Below are positions 33,893 to 44,503 of a stretch of DNA of 59,697 nt, piece by piece. Position numbers and translations under genes: made by a program. The notes under the pieces were generated by a model. The model was not told the origin of the DNA and searched no databases. It saw only the letters and a list, made by a program, of their open reading frames with translations. The stretch comes from a bacterium (GTDB lineage: Bacteria; Patescibacteriota; Minisyncoccia; Phycocordibacterales; UBA12079): positions 1 through 59,697 of the forward strand of contig DAOWHH010000010.1 of the NCBI GenBank assembly GCA_030641525.1. The letters run 5' to 3'. Position 1 is the first letter of the stretch. Each line of letters opens with the position of its first letter.

Positions 33893-36242
33893 CGGTCGAA
33901 TCTATTTCTGGAATTTCAATCTGTTGTTGAGGATTATAAAATGGCTCTCTTCCACTTTTTATATTATCCAAAATAATAGCAATATCTGTATTGTCTGGGA
34001 TCAAGATTTTCAAATCTTCAAATTGACCCACAGCTTTAGTTTTTTCTCCCAAAATATCGTAATTAAGTCCAAGAAGATATTTAGCATCTGCAAAATATGG
34101 ATTTAAAGTGACAGCTCTTTCCAAAAAGGCTTTTGAATTTTCATAATTTTTTAAATTATAATTTAATGATCCTAATTGTAAGAATACTTGTGGATCATTC
34201 GGAGTCACATTTGCTAAAGTTCCAATTATTTGCAAAGCATTTTCATTATTTCCCTCATTCAGTTCTAATTGAGTTAATAAATAATATGCATCAGAATAAT
34301 TATTTTTCATTTGTATAGCGATTTTTATATATTCTTTTGCTTTTTCTGTATCTTCATTACCTATTTCCAAATTAGCTAAATTTAATGCTAATAACGGATT
34401 ATTTGGATTTAATTTTATTGCTTGAGTGTAAGCTTGATTTGATGCACCATAAAAACCTTCTAATTTTAGTGGAACCACAGACCCATAAACCTTAGCTAAA
34501 GTTGCCCAATTTTGATAATTATCAGGGCTATAATCTACAGCCGACTGTGCACCTAAAATACTTTGTTCTAAAGTGATTTGAAATTGTTGTTGTAATACTT
34601 CTTGTGATACATCTGTTTGATTAAAAATTGCTTGTAATTGAATTAAATTTAATTCTGTTAGAGCACGATAATACAAGTCATTTTTAAAATTTCCTAAAGC
34701 TTTATTTATATATTCAAAAGATTTTTGAATATTATTTTCGTTATTTAAAGAAATTAAAGATTTTTGAAATTGTATAGTAGCCAGAGTTTTTCTTACGAAT
34801 AAGTATCCGTTAGCAATAATTACTGCTGATATGGCAGACATAATTACAATAAATAATATTTTAGTTAATTTATTTTTCTTTAATGAAATCTTTTTTACCC
34901 TTACTAATCTTTCCTGATATAGAAGAGATAATAAAATTCCTAAGAATAAAAATGTTAATCCTAATATTGCTACTCCTGGAATATAGAACATTAGAAAAAT
35001 TAATAAATATAAAGTAATTGAAAAAATTGATAGAGCAATATAATGGTCAAAAGTATCTTTTTGTGAGATTTTTAACAATTTTAATCCTAAAAAGATAATT
35101 GTTCCTATAAATAGAATCCAAGAAAGGAAACCAAATAAACCAATTGTTGTTAATGATGTTAAAAGAAAACTAGTTCCATAATTAAAATCCACATTCCAAA
35201 ATTGAGTATTATTAACTCCTATTGGTTTATTTATTACCCACTGGTTAACAAATTTTGTAGGTCCAACTCCAAAAATAGGATCTTTTGCCAAAGTTGTTTT
35301 TGCTATATCAATAGTACTAGAAATTGTAGGTCTTACTTCTACATTAGAAATTTCAAAGAAAGAAGGAAGGTAACTACCTATAGATCCTTTGGTAAAAAAG
35401 AACAATAAAGCTAAAGAAAATACAATTAATGAAATTATAGGAAGCCTTTTTTTGTTAAATGATAATCCTGATTTAGGTTTATTTATAAATAATTTATAAA
35501 TTATCAATAATAGAGATAATCCAGCTATTGAAATCCAGACTAAACTAAAATTAACCAAAGCTACAAAAAATAAAGATAGAGTTAAAGTAATATAAGAAGT
35601 TATTTTTAAAATCCTATTCTTTCCTAAAAATTCTGCCGTTATTAAAGATAATATAGTAATTAAACCGAAGAAAATACCCAATTCATTCCAAGTGCCCAAT
35701 AAATTTGAAGTCGGATTATTTAACATCCCTCCAAAAGATAAGAAATTAGGTCCAAATATTAATCTTAAAGTGTGGAATATCATCATTATAAAAGTGGAAG
35801 TCAAAAGTACCCCGTATAACGGCAATATATCTTTTTTAGGTGAAAAAAATTGACTTACAAAAAACATCAATAAAAATAACCCTAAAATGAAAACAAAAGT
35901 ATTTGTCTCAAAATTTATTCCCATTATTTCATTCATTATAGATCCAGAAAAAAGAGCTGAAAATAAGTAAGACAAAGGAACAAGCCCAGCAAATATAATT
36001 AATATATTCTTTGAAACATTTAGATATTTATTTTTTATTCTTTCAATGATTGCAATGGTAAATAAAATATAAATAGCTAAGCACAAAATCACTGCCTTTC
36101 CTGTCAAGAAAGGAAAAAATATTGATGGAATAACGAAAATAGGTAATAATAATGCTAAACCAATTACTACAAAAAAAGATATTTTTTTTGATAAAGAATT
36201 TGTTAATAAATGTATTTTGTTTGAATTATTTTCTGATTCCAT
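33885..36242 (-). CDS. Polytopic O-antigen-ligase-like membrane protein with C-terminal TPR repeats
   Basis: ~12 TM helices followed by ~300 aa of TPR-like repeats (AYTQAIKLNPNNP..., AIQMKNNYSDAYYLL..., AVTLNPYFADAKYLLG). 8-nt overlap with murJ. Confidence 0.7.
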   Translation of the reverse strand: MESENNSNKIHLLTNSLSKKISFFVVIGLALLLPIFVIPSIFFPFLTGKAVILCLAIYILFTIAIIERIKNKYLNVSKNILIIFAGLVPLSYLFSALFSGSIMNEIMGINFETNTFVFILGLFLLMFFVSQFFSPKKDILPLYGVLLTSTFIMMIFHTLRLIFGPNFLSFGGMLNNPTSNLLGTWNELGIFFGLITILSLITAEFLGKNRILKITSYITLTLSLFFVALVNFSLVWISIAGLSLLLIIYKLFINKPKSGLSFNKKRLPIISLIVFSLALLFFFTKGSIGSYLPSFFEISNVEVRPTISSTIDIAKTTLAKDPIFGVGPTKFVNQWVINKPIGVNNTQFWNVDFNYGTSFLLTSLTTIGLFGFLSWILFIGTIIFLGLKLLKISQKDTFDHYIALSIFSITLYLLIFLMFYIPGVAILGLTFLFLGILLSLLYQERLVRVKKISLKKNKLTKILFIVIMSAISAVIIANGYLFVRKTLATIQFQKSLISLNNENNIQKSFEYINKALGNFKNDLYYRALTELNLIQLQAIFNQTDVSQEVLQQQFQITLEQSILGAQSAVDYSPDNYQNWATLAKVYGSVVPLKLEGFYGASNQAYTQAIKLNPNNPLLALNLANLEIGNEDTEKAKEYIKIAIQMKNNYSDAYYLLTQLELNEGNNENALQIIGTLANVTPNDPQVFLQLGSLNYNLKNYENSKAFLERAVTLNPYFADAKYLLGLNYDILGEKTKAVGQFEDLKILIPDNTDIAIILDNIKSGREPFYNPQQQIEIPEIDSTDD

Positions 36243-36345
36243 ATTTTTTTAGTTTATAGATGAGTAGCTTACTAGCTTTTTAGGAGAAAAATCGCTTTGC
36301 GATTTTTCCTCTAACAAGCTAATCAGCTAACTCTCTAATTTAAAT
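36243..36345. repeat. Long intergenic hairpin element, CGCTTTGCG-core family
   Basis: Core GAGAAAAATCGC-TTTG-CGATTTTTCCTC. The arms TAGATGAGTAGCTTACTAGCTTTTTAGGAG / CCTCTAACAAGCTAATCAGCTAACTCTCTA are imperfectly complementary. Confidence 0.85.
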
Positions 36346-36399
36346 TTTTTATTAATAATAAAAATTATAATATTTTTTACTTTATTTTTAAAGGGGATA

Positions 36400-37455
36400 T
36401 CATCCTATCAAGGTAATTATCATACCTATGATAGCAAAAATAATACTTACTATCCAATATCTCATAACTACTTTATGACTAGGCCAACCCAACGCTTCAA
36501 AATGATGATGGATTGGAGCTACCAGAAATACTTTTTTACCACCACGTAATTTTTTTGAAGAAACTTGTATTATATTTGAAATTACAGTAGCAAAAAGGGG
36601 AAAGGCTATGATAGGTAAAACCATTATTTGTCCTGTTAAGAAAACTACTATAGTTAATGTTGTTGTTAATCCCAACATACCCGTTTCTGTCATATAAAAA
36701 CTAGCGGGTGGGATATTAAACCACAAAAAAGCCAAAATACCTCCAACTATTACCGTACAAAATGCTGCTAAATCTATTTGATTCTGGAAAAAAGCTATTC
36801 CAGCATATGCCGAAAAGATTATAGCCATAACTCCACCCGATAAACCATCTATTCCGTCTATAATACCACTTGCAAATAATGATAGCATTATAAATATAAA
36901 AAGAGGTATAAAAAATAGACCTAATTGCAATTCTCCCCAGAAAGGAATCAATATACTAGAAACATCTAATTTAAAGAAAAACCAACTAGCACTGACTAAA
37001 GCTATTCCTAATACCATTAATATTCTTATTTTTAAAGACAATCCCCCAGCCATATATTTCCCTTTCCCAGTAATTACCAATAAATCATCAATAAGTCCTA
37101 CAATAGAACCAGCTATCAGTGTAAATAAAGGTAACCAAGTTTGTCCTCTACTCATAAAATCCATTTTTTGAGTAAAATCACTTGGAAATACTCTTGAGAT
37201 TAACCAAAATATAAAAATAGTCAAAATTACACTCATCCAAATAATAACCCCTCCCATACGAGGGGTTCCTGTATCTTTTTCTTTATGTAATTTATTAAAA
37301 ATAGGAGTTCCTCCACCCCCTAAACCCTTTTCTTTTCCGGGCTTCTTTTTCCACATCTTATATTTATATAAATAATGTATCAATATAGGACTTAAAGCTA
37401 ATCCTATAAGAAAAGAAATTACCCAGGGTGCAAATATTTTTACTATACTAAGCAT
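36400..37455 (-). CDS. mraY: Phospho-N-acetylmuramoyl-pentapeptide transferase
   Basis: VGLIDDLL and APIHHHFE motifs. 10 TM helices. Confidence 0.93.
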   Translation of the reverse strand: MLSIVKIFAPWVISFLIGLALSPILIHYLYKYKMWKKKPGKEKGLGGGGTPIFNKLHKEKDTGTPRMGGVIIWMSVILTIFIFWLISRVFPSDFTQKMDFMSRGQTWLPLFTLIAGSIVGLIDDLLVITGKGKYMAGGLSLKIRILMVLGIALVSASWFFFKLDVSSILIPFWGELQLGLFFIPLFIFIMLSLFASGIIDGIDGLSGGVMAIIFSAYAGIAFFQNQIDLAAFCTVIVGGILAFLWFNIPPASFYMTETGMLGLTTTLTIVVFLTGQIMVLPIIAFPLFATVISNIIQVSSKKLRGGKKVFLVAPIHHHFEALGWPSHKVVMRYWIVSIIFAIIGMIITLIG

Positions 37456-37639
37456 GATGAAATTAAATTTAAAATTTTTTTAGTTTATAAAATTATAAAA
37501 GTTATTTAATGATAAATTAAAAGTTTAATAAATAGTTTTCAATTCATTAAGTAGTTTTAATTTAAACTTTATGAATTTTATTAGATGAATTAGAAATTTT
37601 TAAGTATTATTTAATGTTTAAATCACCATTTTTCTTATT

Positions 37640-38584
37640 CTACTTACTATTTTCTAATATGCTTGCCCAAATCAATTTTTCCATATCTTTAAAACGGCCT
37701 TCTTTCGTTGAGCCTAGCACAACAGCTATTATATTATGTCCTATTCCTATGTCAAAAGCCATAGCGAGATTTCCGCCTGCTAAATCTGTAAAACCTGTTT
37801 TAGATGCAATCACTCCAGGTATTTTTTCAACAAGCTCGTTAGTGTTGTTAACTTGATGTAAAAGTAAATCAGAACTAATTTCTGCTTGTTTGTAAGCACT
37901 AGCTTCTAATAGTCTAGGATTGGTTTGCAAAATGTACTCTATTAATATAGCTACATCTTTTGCCGAACCATAAGCTCCACTTTGTAATTCATCTATATCT
38001 AATCCTGATTCATTAAGAAAAAAGGAATGCTTCATTCCTAATTCTTTTGCCTTTATATTCATTTTTTTAACGAAAGTTTTTCGGGAATCGTTTTGATCAA
38101 AAATCAATCCTATGGAAGCTAAAGCACGAGCTCCGTCATTTGAAGATGAGATTAAAACAAAATCAATAAGATTAGATAAAGACCATTTCTCTCCATTTAT
38201 CAAACCATTATCACCTTCTTCTTCTAGATAATTTTCATTAATAGTAATAACACTTTCATTTAATGCGATTTCTGAAGCAATTAAAGAGGTCATCAATTTT
38301 GTTAAAGAAGCTAAGGGTAATTGTTCTTTTTCGTTGTGTCTAGAAATTATTTCTTCTTTTTCAATATCCCAGACATAATATGCTAAAGCTGATAAAGATA
38401 AATCTTCAAAATAGTTTTTTTTATGTACTCTATCTATACGGTTTTCATCAGTAAGTAATGAATATTCATATTGTAATTGATAATGCAAAATAACCTGAAG
38501 GGATAAATAAACAAAAACAGAAAATACCCCTAATAAAAATATTACTTTAAATTGCCGTTTTGTTATGTTGAAATTGATTAACAT
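37640..38584 (-). CDS. D-alanyl-D-alanine carboxypeptidase (peptidase S11, PBP5-like)
   Basis: SLTKLMT (SxxK), SSNDGA (SxN) and KTGFT (KTG). Confidence 0.88.
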   Translation of the reverse strand: MLINFNITKRQFKVIFLLGVFSVFVYLSLQVILHYQLQYEYSLLTDENRIDRVHKKNYFEDLSLSALAYYVWDIEKEEIISRHNEKEQLPLASLTKLMTSLIASEIALNESVITINENYLEEEGDNGLINGEKWSLSNLIDFVLISSSNDGARALASIGLIFDQNDSRKTFVKKMNIKAKELGMKHSFFLNESGLDIDELQSGAYGSAKDVAILIEYILQTNPRLLEASAYKQAEISSDLLLHQVNNTNELVEKIPGVIASKTGFTDLAGGNLAMAFDIGIGHNIIAVVLGSTKEGRFKDMEKLIWASILENSK

Positions 38585-38681
38585 AAATTAAGTATTAAGT
38601 ATCAGGTATTAAGTATTAAGTATGTAAAATTCGCTTTGCGAATTTTGGCTTGATACTTGATACTTACTACTTGCTACTTTG
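38585..38681. repeat. Long intergenic hairpin element, CGCTTTGCG-core family (AAGTAT-arm subfamily)
   Basis: Core AAAATTCGC-TTTG-CGAATTTT at 38626-38646. The left arm is built of AAGTAT(T/C)A repeats and the right arm of (T/C)GATACTT repeats. Confidence 0.85.
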
Positions 38682-39236
38682 TTATTCATTAAAATTATCT
38701 TCTTTTTTGTCATTATTTGTGAATTTATCTAATTCCTTATTTGTTTCACTATATTCTGGTAAATCCTCAATCTTAGATATTCCTAAAAATGATAAAAGTT
38801 TAAAAGAAGAAGTATATAAATAACTTCTTTGATCATCTGGATTAGGAATTCTTTCAATTAATCCTCTAATATGTAAATTTCTTAAAATAAAATTAGAATT
38901 AACCCCACGAATATAATCAATTTTTGCCCGAGTGATAGGACCTTTATACAAAATTATAGACAAAGTCTCCAATCCAGCTTTACCTAAATCTCTATTCAAT
39001 TCTTCCTTTCTCATTGATTCTATTAAAGAAGATAATTCTGGTGCAGTACCCAAAGAAACTTCATCATCTTTCAATAATAGAACAATCCCTCTGTCTTTTA
39101 ATTTTTCTTCCAAAATACCCAAAGAATTTTCTATATCAGGTAATTCTTTTTCTAGAATAGTAGATAATTTCTTTTTTGAAATTGGCTCATTATTAAAAAA
39201 TAAAATTGCCTCAATTTGTGATTCTAAACTTAACAT
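38682..39236 (-). CDS. scpB: Segregation and condensation protein B
   Basis: IEAILFFNNEPISKKKL and the tandem winged-helix pattern. Downstream of scpA. Confidence 0.88.
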   Translation of the reverse strand: MLSLESQIEAILFFNNEPISKKKLSTILEKELPDIENSLGILEEKLKDRGIVLLLKDDEVSLGTAPELSSLIESMRKEELNRDLGKAGLETLSIILYKGPITRAKIDYIRGVNSNFILRNLHIRGLIERIPNPDDQRSYLYTSSFKLLSFLGISKIEDLPEYSETNKELDKFTNNDKKEDNFNE

Positions 39237-39243
39237 ATTATAT

Positions 39244-40005
39244 CTATAAATAATTAGGGATATTAACTTCTTGTGTATTTATATCAATATCACCAAATTG
39301 ATATTCCTGTTTAACAGCGACTGTTCCTTGTTTTACAAGTTCCAACATTGCCAAAAAACTAATTACGATATTTACTTTATCTTCTTTTGTTATAGTATCT
39401 CCGTTATTTTTTCTTCCCGAAAATTTATTGAAAGAAATTTTCAAAGAAGATTTTATCCTTTCACTTAAATTATCAATTACCTCTTCTAAAGAAATTACTT
39501 TGTCAATAATAACTTTAGGTGTAATAATTTTTTGAGGTATATTTTTTAATACATCTCTAATTGAAAAATATATGTTTTCTATATTAGTATTTTTATCTGG
39601 AGAAAATATAATTTCCCTTCTCTTTTCTGGTTGACGAAAAAATATCACATTGTTTCCAAAACTGCTTTTGATATGAATACTCAGTCTTTTTATCTTTTGG
39701 TATTCTTTAAGACGAGTTTCTAATTCCTCAATACTTTGTTCTTCTTCAACACTTAAATCTAAAGATGGAAGAATAGATTTAGATTTAATCAACATCAATA
39801 TAGAAGCTGTTAAAATAAAATCAGCAGATGCTCTTATAGAAAATTCCTTCAATTGCTGAAGGTAATTTATATAATCATCAGTTATTTGTGATAAAGAAAT
39901 ATCACAAATATGCATCTTCCTACTCTCAATTAAATGCAATAATAAGTCAAGAGGACCTTGAAAGGTCTCTAAATTTACTTTATATTTTTGACCATCTACC
40001 AGCAT
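39244..40005 (-). CDS. scpA: Segregation and condensation protein A
   Basis: FQGPLDLLLHLIESRKMHICDISLSQITDDY signature. Confidence 0.9.
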   Translation of the reverse strand: MLVDGQKYKVNLETFQGPLDLLLHLIESRKMHICDISLSQITDDYINYLQQLKEFSIRASADFILTASILMLIKSKSILPSLDLSVEEEQSIEELETRLKEYQKIKRLSIHIKSSFGNNVIFFRQPEKRREIIFSPDKNTNIENIYFSIRDVLKNIPQKIITPKVIIDKVISLEEVIDNLSERIKSSLKISFNKFSGRKNNGDTITKEDKVNIVISFLAMLELVKQGTVAVKQEYQFGDIDINTQEVNIPNYL

Positions 40006-40102
40006 TGCCTTATTATACAGGATTTCATGATTTTTTCCAAAATAAAAAACCGTGTGTTATCCATATACACACGATTACACAATTGTTTTTTTATAAATAC
40101 CC

Positions 40103-40131
40103 TTGACAATAGGATGTATATCATATATGAT
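40103..40131 (+). promoter_or_regulatory. Sigma70-type promoter candidate
   Basis: TTGACA (40103-08), 17 nt, TATGAT (40126-31). About 50 nt upstream of ATG 40180. Confidence 0.45.
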
Positions 40132-40179
40132 TCTAGTCAGAAGTCAGAGTTGTATTTTTTAAAAAAAATAGGGGGTATT

Positions 40180-40464
40180 ATGAACAACCTTTTTGGAATA
40201 CCTGATGTTCTTGTTAACGAATACGCTAAATTTGCTGCAGGACACATCAAAGAACTTAAATCTTCTAAAAGATTTAATCTTCTTCAGTCTAACATCGAGT
40301 TTTCTCAAAAGATCATTCTTTTGAAATCAAAAATCAATTCTTTTAAAAGAGAAATGGGAGGAACTCCAGAAAGATTAAGCTATAAAGATTCTTTAAAGTT
40401 AGCAACCAAGGCAATTTTCTGGAATAAAAAATGCCTTGAAGAGCTGAACAAGAAGGAGGTTTGA
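40180..40464 (+). CDS. Hypothetical protein (94 aa)
   Basis: Start moved from the track TTG at 39988 (which overlaps scpA antisense) to ATG 40180, which is preceded by GGGGG. A palindromic element follows. Confidence 0.55.
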   Translation: MNNLFGIPDVLVNEYAKFAAGHIKELKSSKRFNLLQSNIEFSQKIILLKSKINSFKREMGGTPERLSYKDSLKLATKAIFWNKKCLEELNKKEV

Positions 40465-40475
40465 TGTTTAAAAAC

Positions 40476-40510
40476 AAAATCTCCGGAGGTTGGACCTCCG
40501 GAGATTTTTT
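40476..40510. repeat. GC-rich palindrome (CCTCCGGAGG family), single unit
   Basis: AAAATCTCCGGAGGT-TGG-ACCTCCGGAGATTTTTT. Between convergent genes. Confidence 0.9.
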
Positions 40511-40551
40511 ATTTGTATTTATTCGCAGAATTTATATATCCGTATGTTTAC

Positions 40552-41634
40552 CTATTCTTCCCTCTCTGGTTTTTCTAAAATATCTAAATCAGAACCATTA
40601 GATTCTCCTGTGATTTTTAAAACATCTTTATCAATTTTCTTGAATTCCTTATTTGATAAATTATATTGATTAACCACAGTAGAAATTGAAGCCCCTAATT
40701 TTCCAATAAATTTTTCATATACTCCTATATGTTTATTTAGATTCCCTACATGTTTTATAATATCTTTTGCTTTCTCTTCTATTTGTAATGATCGTAACCC
40801 TTGTAAAACAGTTTGAAGATAAGCTAAAAAAGAAGTAGGAGAAACAATAATTACTTTCTTTTTTTGAAAAGCATATTCAATTAAAGAAATATCATCCATT
40901 ACCCCTACCCTACCAACTAATAAATCATAATAAATTCCTTCAGACGGAATAAACATAAAAGCAAAATCCATAGTTCCCTCTTTAGGTTTAATATATTTAG
41001 CAGTTTCGTCAATTCTAGTTTTTAAATCATTTTTAAATAATTTCTCCAGTCTTTCTTTTTCAATAGGATCATTAATCTGAATTAATTTATTGTAATTTTC
41101 TAAAGAGAATTTAGAATCCACAGGAAGAATTTTTCCTTTATCTAAAATAACCACAGCATCTACAATAACTCCATCTTCAAATTTATATTGCATTTGATAA
41201 CCACCAATAGGTAAAACATTTTTTAAAACACTTTCTAAATAATACTCCCCCAATACCCCTCTTTGTTTCGGATTTTTTAGGATATCTTGTAAATTTTTCA
41301 ATTGATCTGCAAAGCCAACAACTTGTCGACTAGTTTCTTTTACTTGTGATAATTCTCCTGTTATTTCCTTAATTAATTTTTGAGATTCACCAAATTGAGA
41401 TCTCATTGACTCATTCATCATCTTACTAGATTCCCCCATTTTAGAATCCATAGTTTTAGTCAATTCATTCATTTGATTTTGCAAGAGTAAAAAACTTTTT
41501 TCGTCCTTGTTTTCAGGACCTTGTCCTTTTTTAATGAGATTATAAATAAACCACAAAAAAGCTCCGTTTAATACAAAAATAAGAATTATCCCAAAAATGA
41601 CAATAAAATTCATCAATATAGACATTAAAAACAT
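40552..41634 (-). CDS. rmuC: DNA recombination protein RmuC
   Basis: N-terminal TM, coiled coil and a C-terminal RmuC nuclease-like domain (VDAVV...LPVDSKF...FMFIPSEG). Confidence 0.85.
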   Translation of the reverse strand: MFLMSILMNFIVIFGIILIFVLNGAFLWFIYNLIKKGQGPENKDEKSFLLLQNQMNELTKTMDSKMGESSKMMNESMRSQFGESQKLIKEITGELSQVKETSRQVVGFADQLKNLQDILKNPKQRGVLGEYYLESVLKNVLPIGGYQMQYKFEDGVIVDAVVILDKGKILPVDSKFSLENYNKLIQINDPIEKERLEKLFKNDLKTRIDETAKYIKPKEGTMDFAFMFIPSEGIYYDLLVGRVGVMDDISLIEYAFQKKKVIIVSPTSFLAYLQTVLQGLRSLQIEEKAKDIIKHVGNLNKHIGVYEKFIGKLGASISTVVNQYNLSNKEFKKIDKDVLKITGESNGSDLDILEKPEREE

Positions 41635-41660
41635 TATACACTAACAACCCAAATTATAGA

Positions 41661-41717
41661 ATCTGTGGAGATCGGATCCCCACATTCCTATCCGGAGAGG
41701 TTGAACCTCTTTGGATA
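41661..41717. repeat. Composite palindromic element (degenerate family member)
   Basis: TGTGGAGATC-G-GATCCCCACA followed by CCGGAGAGG-TTGAA-CCTCTTTGG. Confidence 0.7.
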
Positions 41718-41720
41718 TCA

Positions 41721-44360
41721 TTAAATATTGATAAGATTTTTAGATTGAACATCCTCTCTCTTTTGTAAAAAGAAATATTTAGCTATTTCTATTAAGAATA
41801 AATTAAAGATACCCAACATCATAATTATCAAAAAATCTAATCCTTTAAGCGGTGTAGTATGAAGAACTATTTGTAAAAACGGAACATAAAGAGCGAGAAT
41901 TATCATTAAAATACTTAAAAACCATGCATATATTAAATATTTATTTGAAAATATTTTTATTTTCCAAATAGGTTTATAAAACGATTTAAGAGATATAGCG
42001 AAGAAAAGTGAATCTATTGATAAAGCTACAAACATAATAGTTCTGATTTCTTCAAGTGGTAATCCGATTTTAGTAAGAAGAAAATAAAATCCTATCAAAA
42101 ATGTCCCAGTAATTAAAGAGATGGTTAAAATCATTTTTCTTAACGGAGTGTTCAATATTTCTTTCTTAGCTAAATGATCCCCGTTGCTTTTTGAATATTT
42201 TTCTTTAGGTTCAAAAACAAAAGCAAAATTCATAAAACCCTCTTCTATAATATTGATATATAAAATCTGAGAAGCCAAAATAGGTAAAGGTAAACCAAAA
42301 AACAAAGCCCCTCCAATTACAAAAACTTCACTAAAACTAGTTGATAAAAGATAAGAAACTATTTTTTTTAAATTATCTATTATCCGCCTCCCCTCCTCAA
42401 TAGCAAAAACAATAACTGAAAAACTATTATCTAATAAAATCATATCTGCTGATTCTTTTGCCACCTCTGTTCCACTTTCTACTGCTATCCCAACATTTGC
42501 ATTTCGTAAAGCAGGCGCGTCATTAATTCCATCTCCTGTCATAGCTATTATTTCTCCTTTTTTCTTTAATATTTTAGAAACTCTTAATTTTTGACTTGGA
42601 CTCATTCTTGCAAAGACATTAATTTTATCCAGAACCTCTTCTAATTCAATATCACCCATTTTATCAATATCCTCTCCTTTTAGAACCCACTCACCTTCTT
42701 TTATAATCCCAGCTTCCTCGGCTATTTTTCTGGCTGTTCCAGCATTATCCCCAGTAAGCATAATAGTTCTTACACCCAATTCTTTAGTAATATTTACCGA
42801 TTCTTTTACATCTTTTCTTATGGGGTCGTTAAAGGCTAATAATCCTCCAAAAACCAATTCATCAGGAGATTCGTCCTTTATTTTTTTCCAATTTACATCT
42901 TTATAAGCTACGGCGGTTAGCCTCATTCCTTGATTAGTTTTTTCATTTAATAATCTTTTAAAATGAAGTATGTCTTTTTTAGTTATTTTTCTTTTTTTAT
43001 CATTCTCCAATACAAATTTGGATTTAGCCAAAATTACTTCAGGATTACCTCCAATATATATTTTTTTATCTTCATTTAAAGATATAGCAAAACCCCTAAT
43101 TGATGAAAATGATAAAAAGTCTATTCTCTTATTTTCCCTTTTTAGTTCATCTTGACTAAATCCTTTTTCCCAACCAGCAGATACTATCGCTTTTTCAAGA
43201 GGACGTCCATGTATTATTAATTCTCCATTTTCCTCTCTTTCTATAAAAGCGTCTGATCCTGTAATTGCCATTTTTAATACCTCCCCCTTCTCTTCATCAC
43301 TATTTTTTATTGTAAAAATATTATCTAATTTCATTTTTGCTTCAGTAATAGTTCCTGTTTTATCAGTCAAAATAACAGAAACATTTCCTAAAGTTTCAGA
43401 AGCTAATAAATTCTTCACCAAACCACCTTTCTTTAATATTTCTTTCATACCTACAGCCAATACAGAGGTAGTAGCAATAGGTAAACCTTCTGGAATAATA
43501 GAAATAGCCACTGCAATAGCGACTAAAAACATATCGGTATAAGTTTCTCCTTTAAAAATTCCTAATAAAAATATTGAAATAGTGGCTACAAAAACCGTTA
43601 TAGTCAAAAACCTAACTAAACGATTCATTTTCCTCTTCATAGGTGTCACTCTTTCAAACTCTGTGATCTCTTTAGAAATACTTCCTAATTCTGTATCACT
43701 TCCAATTCTAACTACTACAGCATTTCCATAACCAGCAGAAATAGATGTTCCCATCCATAACATATTTGATTGATCTCTAGTAGATACCTTTTCTTTATAT
43801 AAAACTTTTTCATTTTTCATCACCCCAATCCATTCTCCTGTCAGAACTGATTCATTAACTAATAGATTTTTTCCCTTTATGATTCTCACATCAGCAGGAA
43901 CATATATTCCAGCTGTTAAAATGACAATATCTCCTACTACCAAATTTTCAATAGGAATAACTTTTTGTTTTCCTTCTCTCAATACGACAGTTGTCTTTTT
44001 TTGAGCAGTATTTAATTTTTCAAAAGCTTCATCAGCCTTATCTTCTTGGATAATCCCCACTATTAAATTAATAATTACTGCTACAAAGATTACTAGGGTA
44101 TCTAAAAAGTGACCCAATATCATTGCTATAATACCAGCTATTATTAAAATTAAATTAAGAGGGCTTTTAATATGTAAAAGTATTTTAAATAAAAAACTTT
44201 TTTTTGCCTCTTTTTCTAAAATATTACTTCCGTATTTTTCTCTATTTTCTAAAACTTGGCTTTGGCTCAATCCTTTTTTTAAATTAGTATTCAGGGTTTT
44301 TTCTAAATCCTTTTTCTCGAAGCTATACCAAATTTCTTTTTGATTTGTTATCATTGACAT
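41721..44360 (-). CDS. Cation-transporting P-type ATPase (P2-type, Ca2+/Mg2+-like)
   Basis: DKTGTIT phosphorylation site, TGDNAGTA and GDGINDAPAL. 8-10 TM helices. Confidence 0.92.
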   Translation of the reverse strand: MSMITNQKEIWYSFEKKDLEKTLNTNLKKGLSQSQVLENREKYGSNILEKEAKKSFLFKILLHIKSPLNLILIIAGIIAMILGHFLDTLVIFVAVIINLIVGIIQEDKADEAFEKLNTAQKKTTVVLREGKQKVIPIENLVVGDIVILTAGIYVPADVRIIKGKNLLVNESVLTGEWIGVMKNEKVLYKEKVSTRDQSNMLWMGTSISAGYGNAVVVRIGSDTELGSISKEITEFERVTPMKRKMNRLVRFLTITVFVATISIFLLGIFKGETYTDMFLVAIAVAISIIPEGLPIATTSVLAVGMKEILKKGGLVKNLLASETLGNVSVILTDKTGTITEAKMKLDNIFTIKNSDEEKGEVLKMAITGSDAFIEREENGELIIHGRPLEKAIVSAGWEKGFSQDELKRENKRIDFLSFSSIRGFAISLNEDKKIYIGGNPEVILAKSKFVLENDKKRKITKKDILHFKRLLNEKTNQGMRLTAVAYKDVNWKKIKDESPDELVFGGLLAFNDPIRKDVKESVNITKELGVRTIMLTGDNAGTARKIAEEAGIIKEGEWVLKGEDIDKMGDIELEEVLDKINVFARMSPSQKLRVSKILKKKGEIIAMTGDGINDAPALRNANVGIAVESGTEVAKESADMILLDNSFSVIVFAIEEGRRIIDNLKKIVSYLLSTSFSEVFVIGGALFFGLPLPILASQILYINIIEEGFMNFAFVFEPKEKYSKSNGDHLAKKEILNTPLRKMILTISLITGTFLIGFYFLLTKIGLPLEEIRTIMFVALSIDSLFFAISLKSFYKPIWKIKIFSNKYLIYAWFLSILMIILALYVPFLQIVLHTTPLKGLDFLIIMMLGIFNLFLIEIAKYFFLQKREDVQSKNLINI

Positions 44361-44503
44361 TATTATAACCTAAAAAAGTATTAAGTAGAAAGTATCAAGT
44401 ATCAGGTATGGAAAAATTGCAAAGCAATTCTTTCTGATCTATAAAATTCGCTTTGTGAATTTTAGCTTAATGCTTCCTGCTTGATACATAATACTTAATC
44501 ATT
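44361..44503. repeat. Two adjacent copies of the CGCTTTGCG-core hairpin element (AAGTAT-arm subfamily)
   Basis: Cores GGAAAAATTGC-AAAG-CAATTCTTTC (44410-34, opposite orientation) and AAAATTCGC-TTTG-TGAATTTT (44444-64). The arms AAGTATTAAGTAGAAAGTATCAAGTATCAGGTAT / CTTGATACATAATACTTAAT resemble those of the 38585 copy. Confidence 0.8.
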